Positions 26,255-36,220 of a stretch of 64,000 bases of DNA are shown piece after piece. Origin of the DNA: Comamonas sp. (GTDB taxonomy: Bacteria > Pseudomonadota > Gammaproteobacteria > Burkholderiales > Burkholderiaceae_C); the NCBI GenBank assembly GCA_036667955.1, contig JAVWTB010000011.1, forward strand, positions 85,045 to 149,044, in the 5' to 3' direction. Below the pieces are notes generated by a model. The model was not told the DNA's origin and made no database searches. It saw only the letters and a program-made list of their open reading frames with translations. The position numbers and the translations under genes are program-made. Position 1 is the stretch's first letter. Each line of letters starts with the position of its first letter.

Positions 26255-26854
26255 GTGCCCAACCTGCATCAGATCAAGAGTGAACAGACACGCGAGCGGC
26301 TGATGGATGCTGCGCTGGATTTGATGCAGGCCAAAGGGCTCGCGGGCCTGTCCATGCACGAGGTTGCGCGAACGGCAGGCATGACCACGGGGGCGGTGCA
26401 GCACCACTTCCCGTCCAAGGCCACGCTGATGCTGCAGATCATCCAGCGGTTGGTGCAGCAGATAGACACCGACGACAGCTTCTGGCCCTCGCCGCACTGG
26501 CCCTTGCCGCGGCGTGCCGACCACTTTGTGCAGCAGGCCTGGCAGCGGCTCTATGGCCAGCCGCGCTTTGCGGTGGCCTGGGAGGCCTACCTGGCGGTGC
26601 GTGCCGACGCGGCCATGGTGGCGCATATCCAGGCCGAGCGCGCACCCATCAACGACAAGCTGTTGCTGCGCATGGTCGGCAGTTTTCCCGAATGGGCCTC
26701 CACGCCTGCCGCTGAAGCGCGCTTTCAGCTGGTGCTGTCCTGCCTGCGTGGCCTGGGCGTGGTCGCTCCCTTCTCCAGCCCGGCTGCGATTGACCAGCAG
26801 CTGCAGCAGCTGTCCCTGCTTCTTCAATCTTTTTCCAGCGAGGTGACCCTTTGA
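26255..26854 (+). CDS. TetR/AcrR family regulator
   Basis: TRERLMDAALDL...SMHEVARTAGMTTGAVQHHFPSK. Confidence 0.93.
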   Translation: MPNLHQIKSEQTRERLMDAALDLMQAKGLAGLSMHEVARTAGMTTGAVQHHFPSKATLMLQIIQRLVQQIDTDDSFWPSPHWPLPRRADHFVQQAWQRLYGQPRFAVAWEAYLAVRADAAMVAHIQAERAPINDKLLLRMVGSFPEWASTPAAEARFQLVLSCLRGLGVVAPFSSPAAIDQQLQQLSLLLQSFSSEVTL

Positions 26855-27804
26855 CCAGAGCATTCCTTCTTGCCTGTGGCCTGTCGGCCTGGGCGCTCGG
26901 CGCCGCCGCCCAGACGCCCCTGCAGGTGATCGCGCAGCAGCCGCCAGGCAGTGGATCGGACGCGATGACCCGCGCCTGGGGCGAATGCACCGGGCGGCTG
27001 ATGGGGCGCCCGGTGGTAGTGCAGAACAAGGCGGGGGCCAATGGCATCCTGGCCATCAACTACCTCAAGGGCCAGCCAGCGGATGGCTCGTTTGCGATGA
27101 CGATTGGCATGTCGCAGATGACGATCACGCCCTATGTGCACCAGCAGATGCCCTATGACCCGCTCAAGGACTTTGCCGGTGTGGCGATGATTGGCTCGTC
27201 GCCGCTGGTGCTGGTGGTGCCGGCGGGCGCTGGCGTCAGCAAGCTGGCCGATCTGGAGAAGGTGGCCAAGTCCCAGGCCGGCGGGCTGAACTTTGGCTCG
27301 CCCGGCAAGGGCAGCCCGGCCCATTTGCTGACCACGGCGTTGACCGATGCCATGCACTGGCCTGCGACCCATGTGCCCTTTGTGGGCGAGAGCGCAGGCC
27401 TGACGGCCTTGATGGGCCAGCAGATCCAGGCGATGACGCTGGTGCTGAACACCGCAGCGCCCCAGGTCAAGGCGGGCAAGCTGGTGCCGCTGGCAGTGTT
27501 TGCCAGCCAGCGCTCGGCCGTGCTGCCCGATGTGCCCACCATCGCCGAAGCCGGTGGGCCGGCCGTGCTGGCGCGGCCGTCCTGGATTGCAGTGGTGGCC
27601 AAAAAGGGTACGCCGCCGGAGTTCATCAAGACCTTGAACGAGGCCACCAACCAGTGCTATACCGACCCGGTCTATGCCAATAGCATGGACAAGATGGGCG
27701 TGACCTTGATGCGCAGCCAGCCCGCCGATGTGCTGGGTTTTGCCGAGCGTGACATCGCGGTCTGGAAGCCTTTGATCGATAAATTGGGATTGGCCACGCA
27801 ATGA
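26851..27804 (+). CDS. Bug/TctC family tripartite tricarboxylate transporter substrate-binding protein
   Basis: QPPGSGSD, VVVQNKAGANG, LPYDPLKDF-like MPYDPLKDF, LPDVPTIAEAG. Confidence 0.93.
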   Translation: MTRAFLLACGLSAWALGAAAQTPLQVIAQQPPGSGSDAMTRAWGECTGRLMGRPVVVQNKAGANGILAINYLKGQPADGSFAMTIGMSQMTITPYVHQQMPYDPLKDFAGVAMIGSSPLVLVVPAGAGVSKLADLEKVAKSQAGGLNFGSPGKGSPAHLLTTALTDAMHWPATHVPFVGESAGLTALMGQQIQAMTLVLNTAAPQVKAGKLVPLAVFASQRSAVLPDVPTIAEAGGPAVLARPSWIAVVAKKGTPPEFIKTLNEATNQCYTDPVYANSMDKMGVTLMRSQPADVLGFAERDIAVWKPLIDKLGLATQ

Positions 27805-29311
27805 GTTTGGTAGAACACAGCGCCGTTGAGTTGCGCGCACTGATCCAGAGCCGGCAAATCTCGCCGGTCGAGTTGCTCGATGACTGCATCGCCCGCATGC
27901 AGGCCCTCAACCCGGCGGTGAATGCGCTCTGCGCCTCCGACTTTGAGCGTGCCCGCATTGCCGCCAAGCTGGCCGAGGAACAGGTGGGGCGGCGCAGCCA
28001 GTTACCGCTCTTGCATGGCCTGCCCTTGGGTGTGAAGGATTTGCAGGCCACTGAAGGCCTGCTGACCACCAGCGGTAATGTGCGGCTGCGTGGCCTGTGC
28101 CTGTCAAAGACAATGCCTTCGTGGCCCGGCTACGCGGCCAGGGCGCGATTGTGACGGCCAAGACCAATACGCCCGACATGGGCGCGGGTGCCAACAGCCG
28201 CAACCCGGTTTGGGGCGCCACCGGCAACCCTTTCAATCCGGATCTGAATGCCGGGGGCTCATCGGGTGGCTCGGCCGCGGCGCTGGCCACCGACATGTTT
28301 CCGCTGTGTACCGGCTCGGACACCGGCGGCTCGCTGCGCATTCCTGCGGCGCTGTGCGGCGTGGTCGGCTTGCGCCCTTCGCCGGGTTTGATTGCCAATG
28401 ACGACCGGCCGCTGGGCTGGTCGGCCATCTCGGTGCTCGGCCCCATGGGCCGGGATGTGGCCGATACCGCGCTGATGATGCAGGCCAGCATGGGCCCGCA
28501 CCCCATGGACCCGCTGAGCATGGGCGTGAGCCATGCGCCCGTCTGGCCCGTGCCGGAGATGGACCTGCGCGGGCTGCGCGTGGCCTATACCGAGGACTTT
28601 GGCACCTGCGCGGTGGACCCGATGGTGCGCCGCGCCTTCCGCCAGCGGGTGAAGGCCCTGGCCGCTGAGGTGGCATGCATGGATGCCTTGCCCTGGAACC
28701 TGGAAGAGGCCCACCGCTGTTTCGATATCATCCGCGCCGAGAGCTTTGTCGCCGCCTTTGCCGATATCTACCGCACGGCCCCCGAGACCCTGGGCCCCAA
28801 CGTGCTGGCCAATGTGGAGATGGCCGCGCGCATCAGCCTGGGCGACCGGGCCTGGGCGCATCTGGCGCAGACCCGCATCCAGCGCATGTTCCAGCGCACG
28901 TTTGCGCAATACGACCTGGTGCTGGCCCCGGTGACCCCGCTGTCGCCCTTTCCCTGGACGCAGCTCTATGCGCAGGAGGTGGATGGCAAAGCCCAGCGCA
29001 ACTACTACGAATGGCTGAGCCTGACCTATGTGGTGACCCTGGCGACCAACCCGGCGCTGTCGCTGCCCTGCGGCCGTGATGAGGCGGGCATGCCCTTTGG
29101 CCTGCAGATGATTGGCCCGCTGCACCAGGATGGGCGCCTGCTGGCGATGGCCGCAGCGGTGGAAAAGATGGGCCTGCACCACCCGGACTTTGCCCGCCCA
29201 CGCCCCGATCTGTCAGCCCTGGCACAGCCCCGGCCCGAATTGCGCAGCATCGTCACCCATCCGCCAGAGTTGGGTGGCGCCGCGCAGGCGGAGGTCGGCC
29301 AGGCGGTCTAA
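27801..29311 (+). pseudogene. Amidase (amidase-signature family) interrupted by a single -1 frameshift at about 28097
   Basis: ORF 27801-28154 carries LGVKDL; ORF 28097-29311 carries GGSSGGS and GSDTGGSLR; one extra G in CTG|GTG CCT restores one continuous frame. Could be a sequencing error. Confidence 0.85.
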
Positions 29312-29333
29312 GCCTTTCGCAGCTTGATGGACC

Positions 29334-29367
29334 AAGCCTGCCATGGCTGTGGCAGGCTTTTTTCTTT
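29334..29367 (+). terminator. Rho-independent terminator after the amidase
   Basis: AAGCCTGCCA-TGGCTG-TGGCAGGCTT followed by a T-rich tract. Confidence 0.85.
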
Positions 29368-29406
29368 CTGGCGGGAGATATCCCCAATCTTTGTTTAAAT
29401 AGCGGG

Positions 29407-29967
29407 ATGAACAAGGCTTTTACCAAAGAGACAGACAACGACGACGATGACGATCTGCCGCAACTGCCCAAGATTGCCGGCGGCAAGAACTACATCACGC
29501 CCGGCGGCTACCGCGCGCTGGAGCAGGAGCTGCTGCAGCTGATCGACGACGAGCGGCCCAAGGTGGTGGAGGTGGTGCACTGGGCGGCCAGCAATGGCGA
29601 CCGCTCGGAAAACGGCGACTACCTGTATGGCAAAAAGCGCCTGCGCGAGATCGACCGGCGCATCCGCTTTCTGACCAAGCGCATGGAAGCGGCCGAGGTG
29701 GTAGACCCTGGGCTGCACCATGGCAGCGACCAGGTGTATTTTGGGGCCACGGTGCGTTACTGCGACCAGCACGGCAGTGAGGAGTCGATCACCATCATGG
29801 GCATTGACGAGGCCGATGCCAGCCGGGGCCAGGTCAGTTGGGTGTCCCCCATTGCACGGGCCTTGCTTAAATCCCGGGTGGGCGATGAGGTGCAATTGCC
29901 TACACCGGGCGGGGTGCGCGTGCTGGAAGTGCTGGATGTGCAGTACCCGGAGCTGGGCGTGTCCTGA
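29407..29967 (+). CDS. greB: Transcription elongation factor GreB
   Basis: KNYITPGGY, WAASNGDRSENGDYLYGKKRLREIDRRIRFL. Confidence 0.97.
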   Translation: MNKAFTKETDNDDDDDLPQLPKIAGGKNYITPGGYRALEQELLQLIDDERPKVVEVVHWAASNGDRSENGDYLYGKKRLREIDRRIRFLTKRMEAAEVVDPGLHHGSDQVYFGATVRYCDQHGSEESITIMGIDEADASRGQVSWVSPIARALLKSRVGDEVQLPTPGGVRVLEVLDVQYPELGVS

Positions 29968-30056
29968 GCGCCATCAAAACCCACGCTCAAAGCACAAGCG
30001 CGCCGTAGAAGGCGCGCTGGGTGTTGGGGCAGTGCCCCGATCGCTATTGGGCGGAA

Positions 30057-32309
30057 TCAGGCAGTCGGCAGCACCCGGTGCGCACGCAGCACATAGGGCA
30101 GCTTGACGAGCTGGCGCAGTAGCAGCTCGACCTGCGCGCGGTCCTTGACGGTCAGTACAAAACGCAGCGCCATCGTGTCCATGGCGACTTCATCATCCAT
30201 CGTAATGTGGGTGATGTCCGAGCCCATCGCGGCAATTTCTGCGGCGATCTTGCCCAGCACACCCTTGCCATTGTTGATGGTGACCACGACACCGGTATCG
30301 AACTCGCTGGCGGGTTCATCGGCCCATTCCACATCGACGAAATGCTCGGCGTCCTTGGCCAGCAGGCGTTTGCACACGGCGCACTGGGCGTTGTGCACCA
30401 TCAGGCCGGCATTGCGGTCCAGGTGGGCGGCAATCGGGTCGCCGGGCACGGGGCGGCAGCACTTGGCGTATTTGACGGCGGCGTTGGGCGAGCCGTCCAG
30501 CAGCAGGGCCGGGCTTGCGGTGCTGGCTTCGGTCTTGAAGCGTTCCTGGCTCAGCAGCACGGCATCCGGGCGCTGGCCTTGCTCGGCGAGCAGGTCCACC
30601 ACCTGCTTGGCGGCAAACACCGCAATGCGCTTGCCCTGGCCGATGTCGTTGAACAGCTCCACCTTGTTGCGCGCTTCCAGGCGGGTGAGCAGGCTGTCCC
30701 AGACGGCCTTGTCCTCGGGCAACTGCGAGATGCCTTCGGCCCGCATGGCTTGCAGCAGCAGGCGCTCGCCCAGCGCAGCGGTCTCGTTCTGGCCCTGGGT
30801 CTTGAGGTAATAGCGGATCTTGGATTTGGCGCGGCCCGTGCGCACAATGGTGAGCCATGAGGGGTGGGGTGCGGCATCTGGCGACGTCGATATCTCGACC
30901 ACATCGCCGCTCTTGAGCACCGTGCTCAGTGGCACCTGCTCGTTGTTGATGCGGGCGCCTTGCGTGCGCTCGCCGACATTGGAGTGGATCGCGTAGGCAA
31001 AATCGAGCACGGTCGCGCCCCGGGGCAGCGTGAGCATCTGGTTCTTGGGCGTGAACACATAGACCGAGTCGGGGAACAGGTCGACCCGCACGTTGTCCCA
31101 GAACTCATGGGCGTCGTGGGTCTCGTCTTGAATCTCAAGCAGGGACTGCACCCATTTGTTGCCCAGCTGCTCGCCACTGGGCATGGCACGCGCCTGGATC
31201 ATCCAGTGCGTGAGCACGCCGTACTCGTCGACCAGGTTCATGTCCTCGGTGCGGATCTGGAAATCCATGCTCACGCCGGAAGGGCCGACCAAGGTGGTGT
31301 GCAGGGACTGGTAGCCGTTGGACTTGGGGTTGGCGATGTAGTCGCGAAACTTGGAAGGCACCGGGCGGAACACCTGGTGCAGCACGCCCAGCGCGGTATA
31401 GCAGTCGATGAGGTTGGGCACGATGACGCGCACGGCGTAGGAGTCAGTCACCTGCGCAAACGACAGGCGCTTGCCATCCATCTTCTTGTAGATGGCGTAG
31501 AGCGTTTTTTCCTGGTTGCCCAGGCGGATCTTGATGCCCGATTTGGCAAAGGCCGAATCGACCTCGGCATGGATCTTCTGGACCACATCCTTGCGGCGGT
31601 TGCGCGAGCGACTCAGGGCCTTGACCAGGGTGTCATGGCGCCAGGGATAGAGGTGGCGAAAGGCCAAATCCTGCAGCTCGCGGTAGACGCGGTTGATGCC
31701 CAGGCGGTTGGCGATGGGCACATGGATTTCCATGGTCTCGGTCGAGATGCGCCCCCATTTGCTGCGCGGCATGTCGGACATGGTGCGCATATTGTGGGTG
31801 CGGTCGGCCAGCTTGACGAGGATGACGCGCACATCGCGCGCCATCGCCAGCAGCATCTTGCGGAAGGACTCGGCCTGGTTCTCTTCGCGCGAATTGAACT
31901 GCAGCTTGTCCAGCTTGGTGAGGCCATCGACCAGTTCGGCCACGGTGTCGCCAAACTGGCGGGCAATGTCATCGCGGGTGACGCCGCAGTCTTCCATCGC
32001 GTCATGCATCAGCGCGGCCATCAGCGCCTGGGCATCGAGCTTCCAGCTGGCGCAGATTTCTGCCACGGCAATCGGGTGGGTGATATAGGGGTCACCGCTG
32101 CTGCGGAACTGGCCCATATGGGCCTTGGCTGCAAACTCGAAGGCCTCTTCGACGAGGGCCAGGTCGGCTTCGCTGAGGTAGTCGAGTTGCTCCAGAAATT
32201 CGGCGTAGGCACTCACCACGACCGGGTAAGACATGGCAGGCTTGGCTGCGGCGTTAGCGATGGCGCCAGAGACTTGGGCGGGTGCGGAGGGGATGGACAC
32301 GGACTTCAC
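30057..32309 (-). CDS. spoT: Long RSH protein SpoT (HD, SYNTH, TGS, ZFD, ACT)
   Basis: PYITHP, LMHDAMED, KLADRTHNM; GYQSLHT; VFTPK/DFAYAIHS TGS; located after rpoZ. Confidence 0.96.
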   Translation of the reverse strand: MKSVSIPSAPAQVSGAIANAAAKPAMSYPVVVSAYAEFLEQLDYLSEADLALVEEAFEFAAKAHMGQFRSSGDPYITHPIAVAEICASWKLDAQALMAALMHDAMEDCGVTRDDIARQFGDTVAELVDGLTKLDKLQFNSREENQAESFRKMLLAMARDVRVILVKLADRTHNMRTMSDMPRSKWGRISTETMEIHVPIANRLGINRVYRELQDLAFRHLYPWRHDTLVKALSRSRNRRKDVVQKIHAEVDSAFAKSGIKIRLGNQEKTLYAIYKKMDGKRLSFAQVTDSYAVRVIVPNLIDCYTALGVLHQVFRPVPSKFRDYIANPKSNGYQSLHTTLVGPSGVSMDFQIRTEDMNLVDEYGVLTHWMIQARAMPSGEQLGNKWVQSLLEIQDETHDAHEFWDNVRVDLFPDSVYVFTPKNQMLTLPRGATVLDFAYAIHSNVGERTQGARINNEQVPLSTVLKSGDVVEISTSPDAAPHPSWLTIVRTGRAKSKIRYYLKTQGQNETAALGERLLLQAMRAEGISQLPEDKAVWDSLLTRLEARNKVELFNDIGQGKRIAVFAAKQVVDLLAEQGQRPDAVLLSQERFKTEASTASPALLLDGSPNAAVKYAKCCRPVPGDPIAAHLDRNAGLMVHNAQCAVCKRLLAKDAEHFVDVEWADEPASEFDTGVVVTINNGKGVLGKIAAEIAAMGSDITHITMDDEVAMDTMALRFVLTVKDRAQVELLLRQLVKLPYVLRAHRVLPTA

Positions 32310-32350
32310 GCCTTAACTGTAGCCTGCGATGACAAATTTGTGTGAATACC

Positions 32351-32381
32351 AAGAAAAATGGCACCGACATTCGGTGCCATT
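32351..32381 (-). terminator. Terminator-like hairpin between rpoZ and spoT
   Basis: AATGGCACCGA-CAT-TCGGTGCCATT, T-tract follows on the minus strand. Confidence 0.7.
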
Positions 32382-32398
32382 GGAAGCGCAGGCAGGTA

Positions 32399-32602
32399 TC
32401 AGCCTGGTACTTTTTTTAACATTTCCAGACCCACTTTGCCGGCAGCGATTTCGCGCAGTGCGGTGACGGCTGGCTTGTTGCGGCTGTCGATCTTTGGCGT
32501 GTGGCCTTGGCTCAGCATACGGGCGCGGTAGGTAGCGGCCAGAACCAGTTGGAAGCGGTTGGGGATTTTGTCGAGGCAGTCTTCAACGGTGATACGGGCC
32601 AT
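32399..32602 (-). CDS. rpoZ: RNA polymerase omega subunit
   Basis: [26 protein letters not shown]. Confidence 0.98.
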   Translation of the reverse strand: MARITVEDCLDKIPNRFQLVLAATYRARMLSQGHTPKIDSRNKPAVTALREIAAGKVGLEMLKKVPG

Positions 32603-33240
32603 CAGGAGTTCTCCAGGGTGATAGGGATGTCGAGTGACGAGAAAATTTCGCTGCGAACGCGCTTTTGGGCTGAATAGCGCAATCGTTGTGAATGTACAAC
32701 GGCCTTCAAATCGAACAAAGCGCGTTCGAACAATTCATTAATTATAACGAAGTCGAATTTATGCACCTGGGCCATCTCATCCTTGGCGTTCTTGAGGCGC
32801 TTTTCGATGACGTCGGATGCGTCCTCGCCGCGGTTCTCCAGCCTTGAGCGCAGCTCTTCCCAGCTGGGCGGCAGGATGAAGATCAGCACGGCATGGGGGA
32901 AGCTTTGCTTGATCTGCAAGGCACCTTGGTAGTCGATCTCCAGCACGATATCGGTGCCCTTGGCCAGACGCTCCTCGATGGCCTTCTTGGAGGTGCCGTA
33001 GAGGTTGCCATGCACATTGGCCCATTCGACAAAGGCATTGGAGGCAATCATGCGCTCGAAATCATCGCGCGAGGCGAAGTAGTACTCGCGGCCATGCTTT
33101 TCCTGGCCACGCGGGGAGCGCGTGGTGTGGGAGATGGAGCGAAAGACCTGGGAGTCCAGCTCCAGCAGTGCCTTGACGAGGGACGACTTGCCCGCGCCAC
33201 TGGGGGCCGAGACGACAAAGAGATTTCCGGGGTATTCCAT
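32602..33240 (-). CDS. gmk: Guanylate kinase
   Basis: [31 protein letters not shown]. Confidence 0.98.
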   Translation of the reverse strand: MEYPGNLFVVSAPSGAGKSSLVKALLELDSQVFRSISHTTRSPRGQEKHGREYYFASRDDFERMIASNAFVEWANVHGNLYGTSKKAIEERLAKGTDIVLEIDYQGALQIKQSFPHAVLIFILPPSWEELRSRLENRGEDASDVIEKRLKNAKDEMAQVHKFDFVIINELFERALFDLKAVVHSQRLRYSAQKRVRSEIFSSLDIPITLENS

Positions 33241-33254
33241 GGTGTAGCTTCTTT

Positions 33255-34166
33255 TTATTCGATGTTCTGCACTTGCTCGCGCATCTGCTCGATCAGCACC
33301 TTCATATCCACGCTGATGCGGGTCAGGTCCAGCGCGGCCGATTTGGAGCCCAGGGTGTTGGCCTCGCGGTGCAGCTCCTGGATCAGGAAGTCGAGGCGCT
33401 TGCCGATGTCGCCGCCCTTGGTGAGCAGGCGGCTGATTTCTTCCAGGTGCGAGCGCAGGCGGGTGACTTCTTCGGCCACATCGATGCGGATCGCAAAGGA
33501 TGTCGCTTCGGTCAGCGCGCGGTCTTGAGCGGCCTCAGGCGAGACGCTGCCAGCGCTGAGCGCCATGGCTTCTTGCCAGCGCTCCAAAAAGCGCTGCTTT
33601 TGTTGTTTGACGAGTTCGGGGATCAGGGGCTCGGCCTGGTCGGCCAGTTGGCGCAACTGCTTGACACGGTCTTGCAGCATGTCGGCCAGGCGCTTGCCTT
33701 CGCGCTGGCGCGCATCGAGCAGGGTCTTGAGGGCTTGCTGGCACGCGGCGGCTACGCGCTCGGCCCAGTTCTCAGGCAGATCCAGGTTGCCACTGCCGCT
33801 CAGGCGTAGCACTTCTGCCACAGAAAAGGGCTGGGCAGTAGGCATCCAGGCTTTGACCGTGTCTTGGAAGCTGCCCAACTGCTGCAGCAGCCGAGGCGAG
33901 GCGACGGGCACGCTGGAAGCTTGTTCACTGTTGATGAGCAGCCGTACTTCCACCTTGCCGCGCTTCAGACTATTATCTACAAGAGAGCGTAACTGTGGTT
34001 CGCAGCTTCTGAGGTCTTCCGGAAGCTTAAAAGATAAATCGAGAAATCGGCTGTTAACCGAGCGAATTTCCAGTCCGACGCGCCAGAGGGAGGGAGCATG
34101 GTTGTCACCGTCAGGTGGGATGCTTTGCTGGACAGAGGCATAGCCTGTCATGCTGTAAACTGGCAT
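33255..34166 (-). CDS. yicC: YicC/YloC family endoribonuclease
   Basis: [44 protein letters not shown]. Confidence 0.95.
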   Translation of the reverse strand: MPVYSMTGYASVQQSIPPDGDNHAPSLWRVGLEIRSVNSRFLDLSFKLPEDLRSCEPQLRSLVDNSLKRGKVEVRLLINSEQASSVPVASPRLLQQLGSFQDTVKAWMPTAQPFSVAEVLRLSGSGNLDLPENWAERVAAACQQALKTLLDARQREGKRLADMLQDRVKQLRQLADQAEPLIPELVKQQKQRFLERWQEAMALSAGSVSPEAAQDRALTEATSFAIRIDVAEEVTRLRSHLEEISRLLTKGGDIGKRLDFLIQELHREANTLGSKSAALDLTRISVDMKVLIEQMREQVQNIE

Positions 34167-34238
34167 AGGACTGTATGAGGTTGCTTGCAATCGCGCTCAT
34201 TATCAGGCTTCTCATATACCTGCGTTGTTCATCAAACT

Positions 34239-35231
34239 ATGTCAAAAGTAAAGCCAGCGCCGCTACCAGCCAATACCGTCATAGGTGGCTACCGTATCGT
34301 GCGGCGCATTTCGGCAGGGGGGTTCGGGGTGGTTTATCTGGCGCTGGCGCCTGATGGCCAGCAAGTGGCGATCAAGGAATACCTGCCGTCGAGCCTGGCC
34401 ACCCGTGCGCCGGGCTCGCTGTCTCCGAGCATTGAGCCCGACAAGCTGTCGCTGTACCGCTTGGGTCTCAAGAGCTTTTTCGAAGAGGGCCGTGCGCTGG
34501 CCCAGATCTCGCACTCCTCGGTTGTCAGTGTCTACAACTTCTTCCGCGAGAACGACACCGTCTATATGGTGATGAACTACCTGCAAGGGGCGACCCTGCA
34601 GGATTTTGTCGTCACCGCACGCGATTTGAAGGAAGCCAAGGTTTTCCGCGAGTCCACCATCCGCTCCTTGTTCGACGAGGTGCTGCGCGGTCTGCGCATC
34701 GTGCACCAGCACAAGATGCTGCACCTGGATATCAAGCCGGCCAACATCTTCATCACCGACGACAACAAGGCCGTGATGATCGACTTTGGCGCCGCGCGCG
34801 AGGTGCTGAGCAAGGAGGGCAACTTTGTCCGCCCGATGTATACGCCCGGTTTTGCCGCGCCGGAGATGTACCGCCGCGACATGTCGCTGGGCCCCTGGAC
34901 CGATATCTACGCCATTGGCGCCTGCATCTATGCCTGCATGCAGGGCATTCCGCCCAATGATGCGCCCAAGCGCCAGGAAAAGGACCGCCTCGGCCTGGCG
35001 ATGTCCAAGGTGCGCGGCGTCTACTCGGACAACCTGATCGAACTGGTGGAGTGGTGCATGGCACTGGATCCCCAAGCCCGGCCGCAGTCGGTGTTCCTGT
35101 TACAAAAAGAGCTGGCGCGCGAGGACGAGCGCCGCTATACCAAACTGAGCGTCTCCGAGAAGGTTCGTATGTCGATTGATTCGCTGGTCAGCGATACCAA
35201 AAAACGCGTGGGCGGAGGCCAAACCAAATGA
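34239..35231 (+). CDS. Hanks-type Ser/Thr protein kinase
   Basis: GGFGVVY, VAIKE, HLDIKPAN, DFG, APE, DIYAIG. Confidence 0.95.
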   Translation: MSKVKPAPLPANTVIGGYRIVRRISAGGFGVVYLALAPDGQQVAIKEYLPSSLATRAPGSLSPSIEPDKLSLYRLGLKSFFEEGRALAQISHSSVVSVYNFFRENDTVYMVMNYLQGATLQDFVVTARDLKEAKVFRESTIRSLFDEVLRGLRIVHQHKMLHLDIKPANIFITDDNKAVMIDFGAAREVLSKEGNFVRPMYTPGFAAPEMYRRDMSLGPWTDIYAIGACIYACMQGIPPNDAPKRQEKDRLGLAMSKVRGVYSDNLIELVEWCMALDPQARPQSVFLLQKELAREDERRYTKLSVSEKVRMSIDSLVSDTKKRVGGGQTK

Positions 35232-36073
35232 AGTTCTCGGTCTTCCAGCTCAGCCGCAAGGGCGGGCGGGAAAAAAACGAAGACAGGATGGGCTATAGCT
35301 ACACCAAGGAGGCCTGCCTGTTTGTCGTGGCCGACGGCATGGGTGGGCATCCCGAGGGTGAAGTGGCTGCACAGCTGGCCTTGCAGACCGTGTCGCTGGA
35401 TTTTCAGCGCCTGGCCCGGCCCAAGCTGGAGGACCCGGCCGAGTTTCTGGAGAACGCGCTTTTGTCAGCGCACCACAATATCCTGAAGTACGCGATCGCC
35501 AACAACATGGATGACCCGCCCCGCACCACCTTGGTGGCCTCGGTGGTGCAAGACGGCAATATCTGGTGGGTGCATTGTGGCGACTCGCGGCTGTACCTGG
35601 TACGCGGCAACAAGGTGATGGCGCGCACACGCGACCATTCCTACATGGAGCTGCGCGGCTCCGGCGTCACCAGCATCAACCCCGATCGCTTCAACCGCAA
35701 TGTGCTGTTTACCTGCCTGGGCAGCCCATCGCGGCCGTTTTTTGACGTGGCAGGCCCCACCGAAATGCACCGCAGCGACCGCATCATGCTGTGCTCCGAT
35801 GGCCTCTGGAGCAGTGTCTCCGAGACCGTGATTGCCCGTGAACTGGCCAACAAGTCGGTCTCGCGTGCCATCCCTGACCTGATCGATGCGGCACTGCGCA
35901 AGGCTGGCGCCACCAGCGACAACGTCACCGCCGTGGCGATGGAGTGGGAGATGCCCGGTGCCGAGCGTTTTGAATCAGAAGACCCGGTGAGTGATACCTT
36001 GCCGCCGGCGCTGGAGCCCGATGCCGAGCGCAAGCCGCAAGCCGAGCCCAAGCCCGATACGCCTGCGGCATAG
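35228..36073 (+). CDS. PP2C-family Ser/Thr phosphatase
   Basis: REKNED, VADGMGGH, HCGDSR, CSDGLW, DNVT. Confidence 0.95.
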   Translation: MKFSVFQLSRKGGREKNEDRMGYSYTKEACLFVVADGMGGHPEGEVAAQLALQTVSLDFQRLARPKLEDPAEFLENALLSAHHNILKYAIANNMDDPPRTTLVASVVQDGNIWWVHCGDSRLYLVRGNKVMARTRDHSYMELRGSGVTSINPDRFNRNVLFTCLGSPSRPFFDVAGPTEMHRSDRIMLCSDGLWSSVSETVIARELANKSVSRAIPDLIDAALRKAGATSDNVTAVAMEWEMPGAERFESEDPVSDTLPPALEPDAERKPQAEPKPDTPAA

Positions 36074-36123
36074 GCCCGGCACGCACTGCGTTTTGTCGGT
36101 CGGCCGATAATTCAGTCTGTCCT

Positions 36124-36156
36124 GGCATGGCGGCCCTAGGCCGCCATGCCTGTTTT
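36124..36156 (+). terminator. Hairpin/terminator between the PP2C gene and rdgB
   Basis: GGCATGGCGGCC-CTA-GGCCGCCATGCC then TGTTTT. Confidence 0.65.
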
Positions 36157-36220
36157 CCCCTTCTTGAAAAAGCAGCGGGCTGCGCGCGCTAGGGCGGGTG
36201 CAGCCCGCTGGTGCCCTCCC

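Noticed and set aside
32640-32770. Low-GC patches in the gmk 3' end and the yicC 5' end (about 33960-34060)
   Set aside because: Protein sequence is conserved; more simply explained by internal promoters or 5' codon bias than by horizontal transfer
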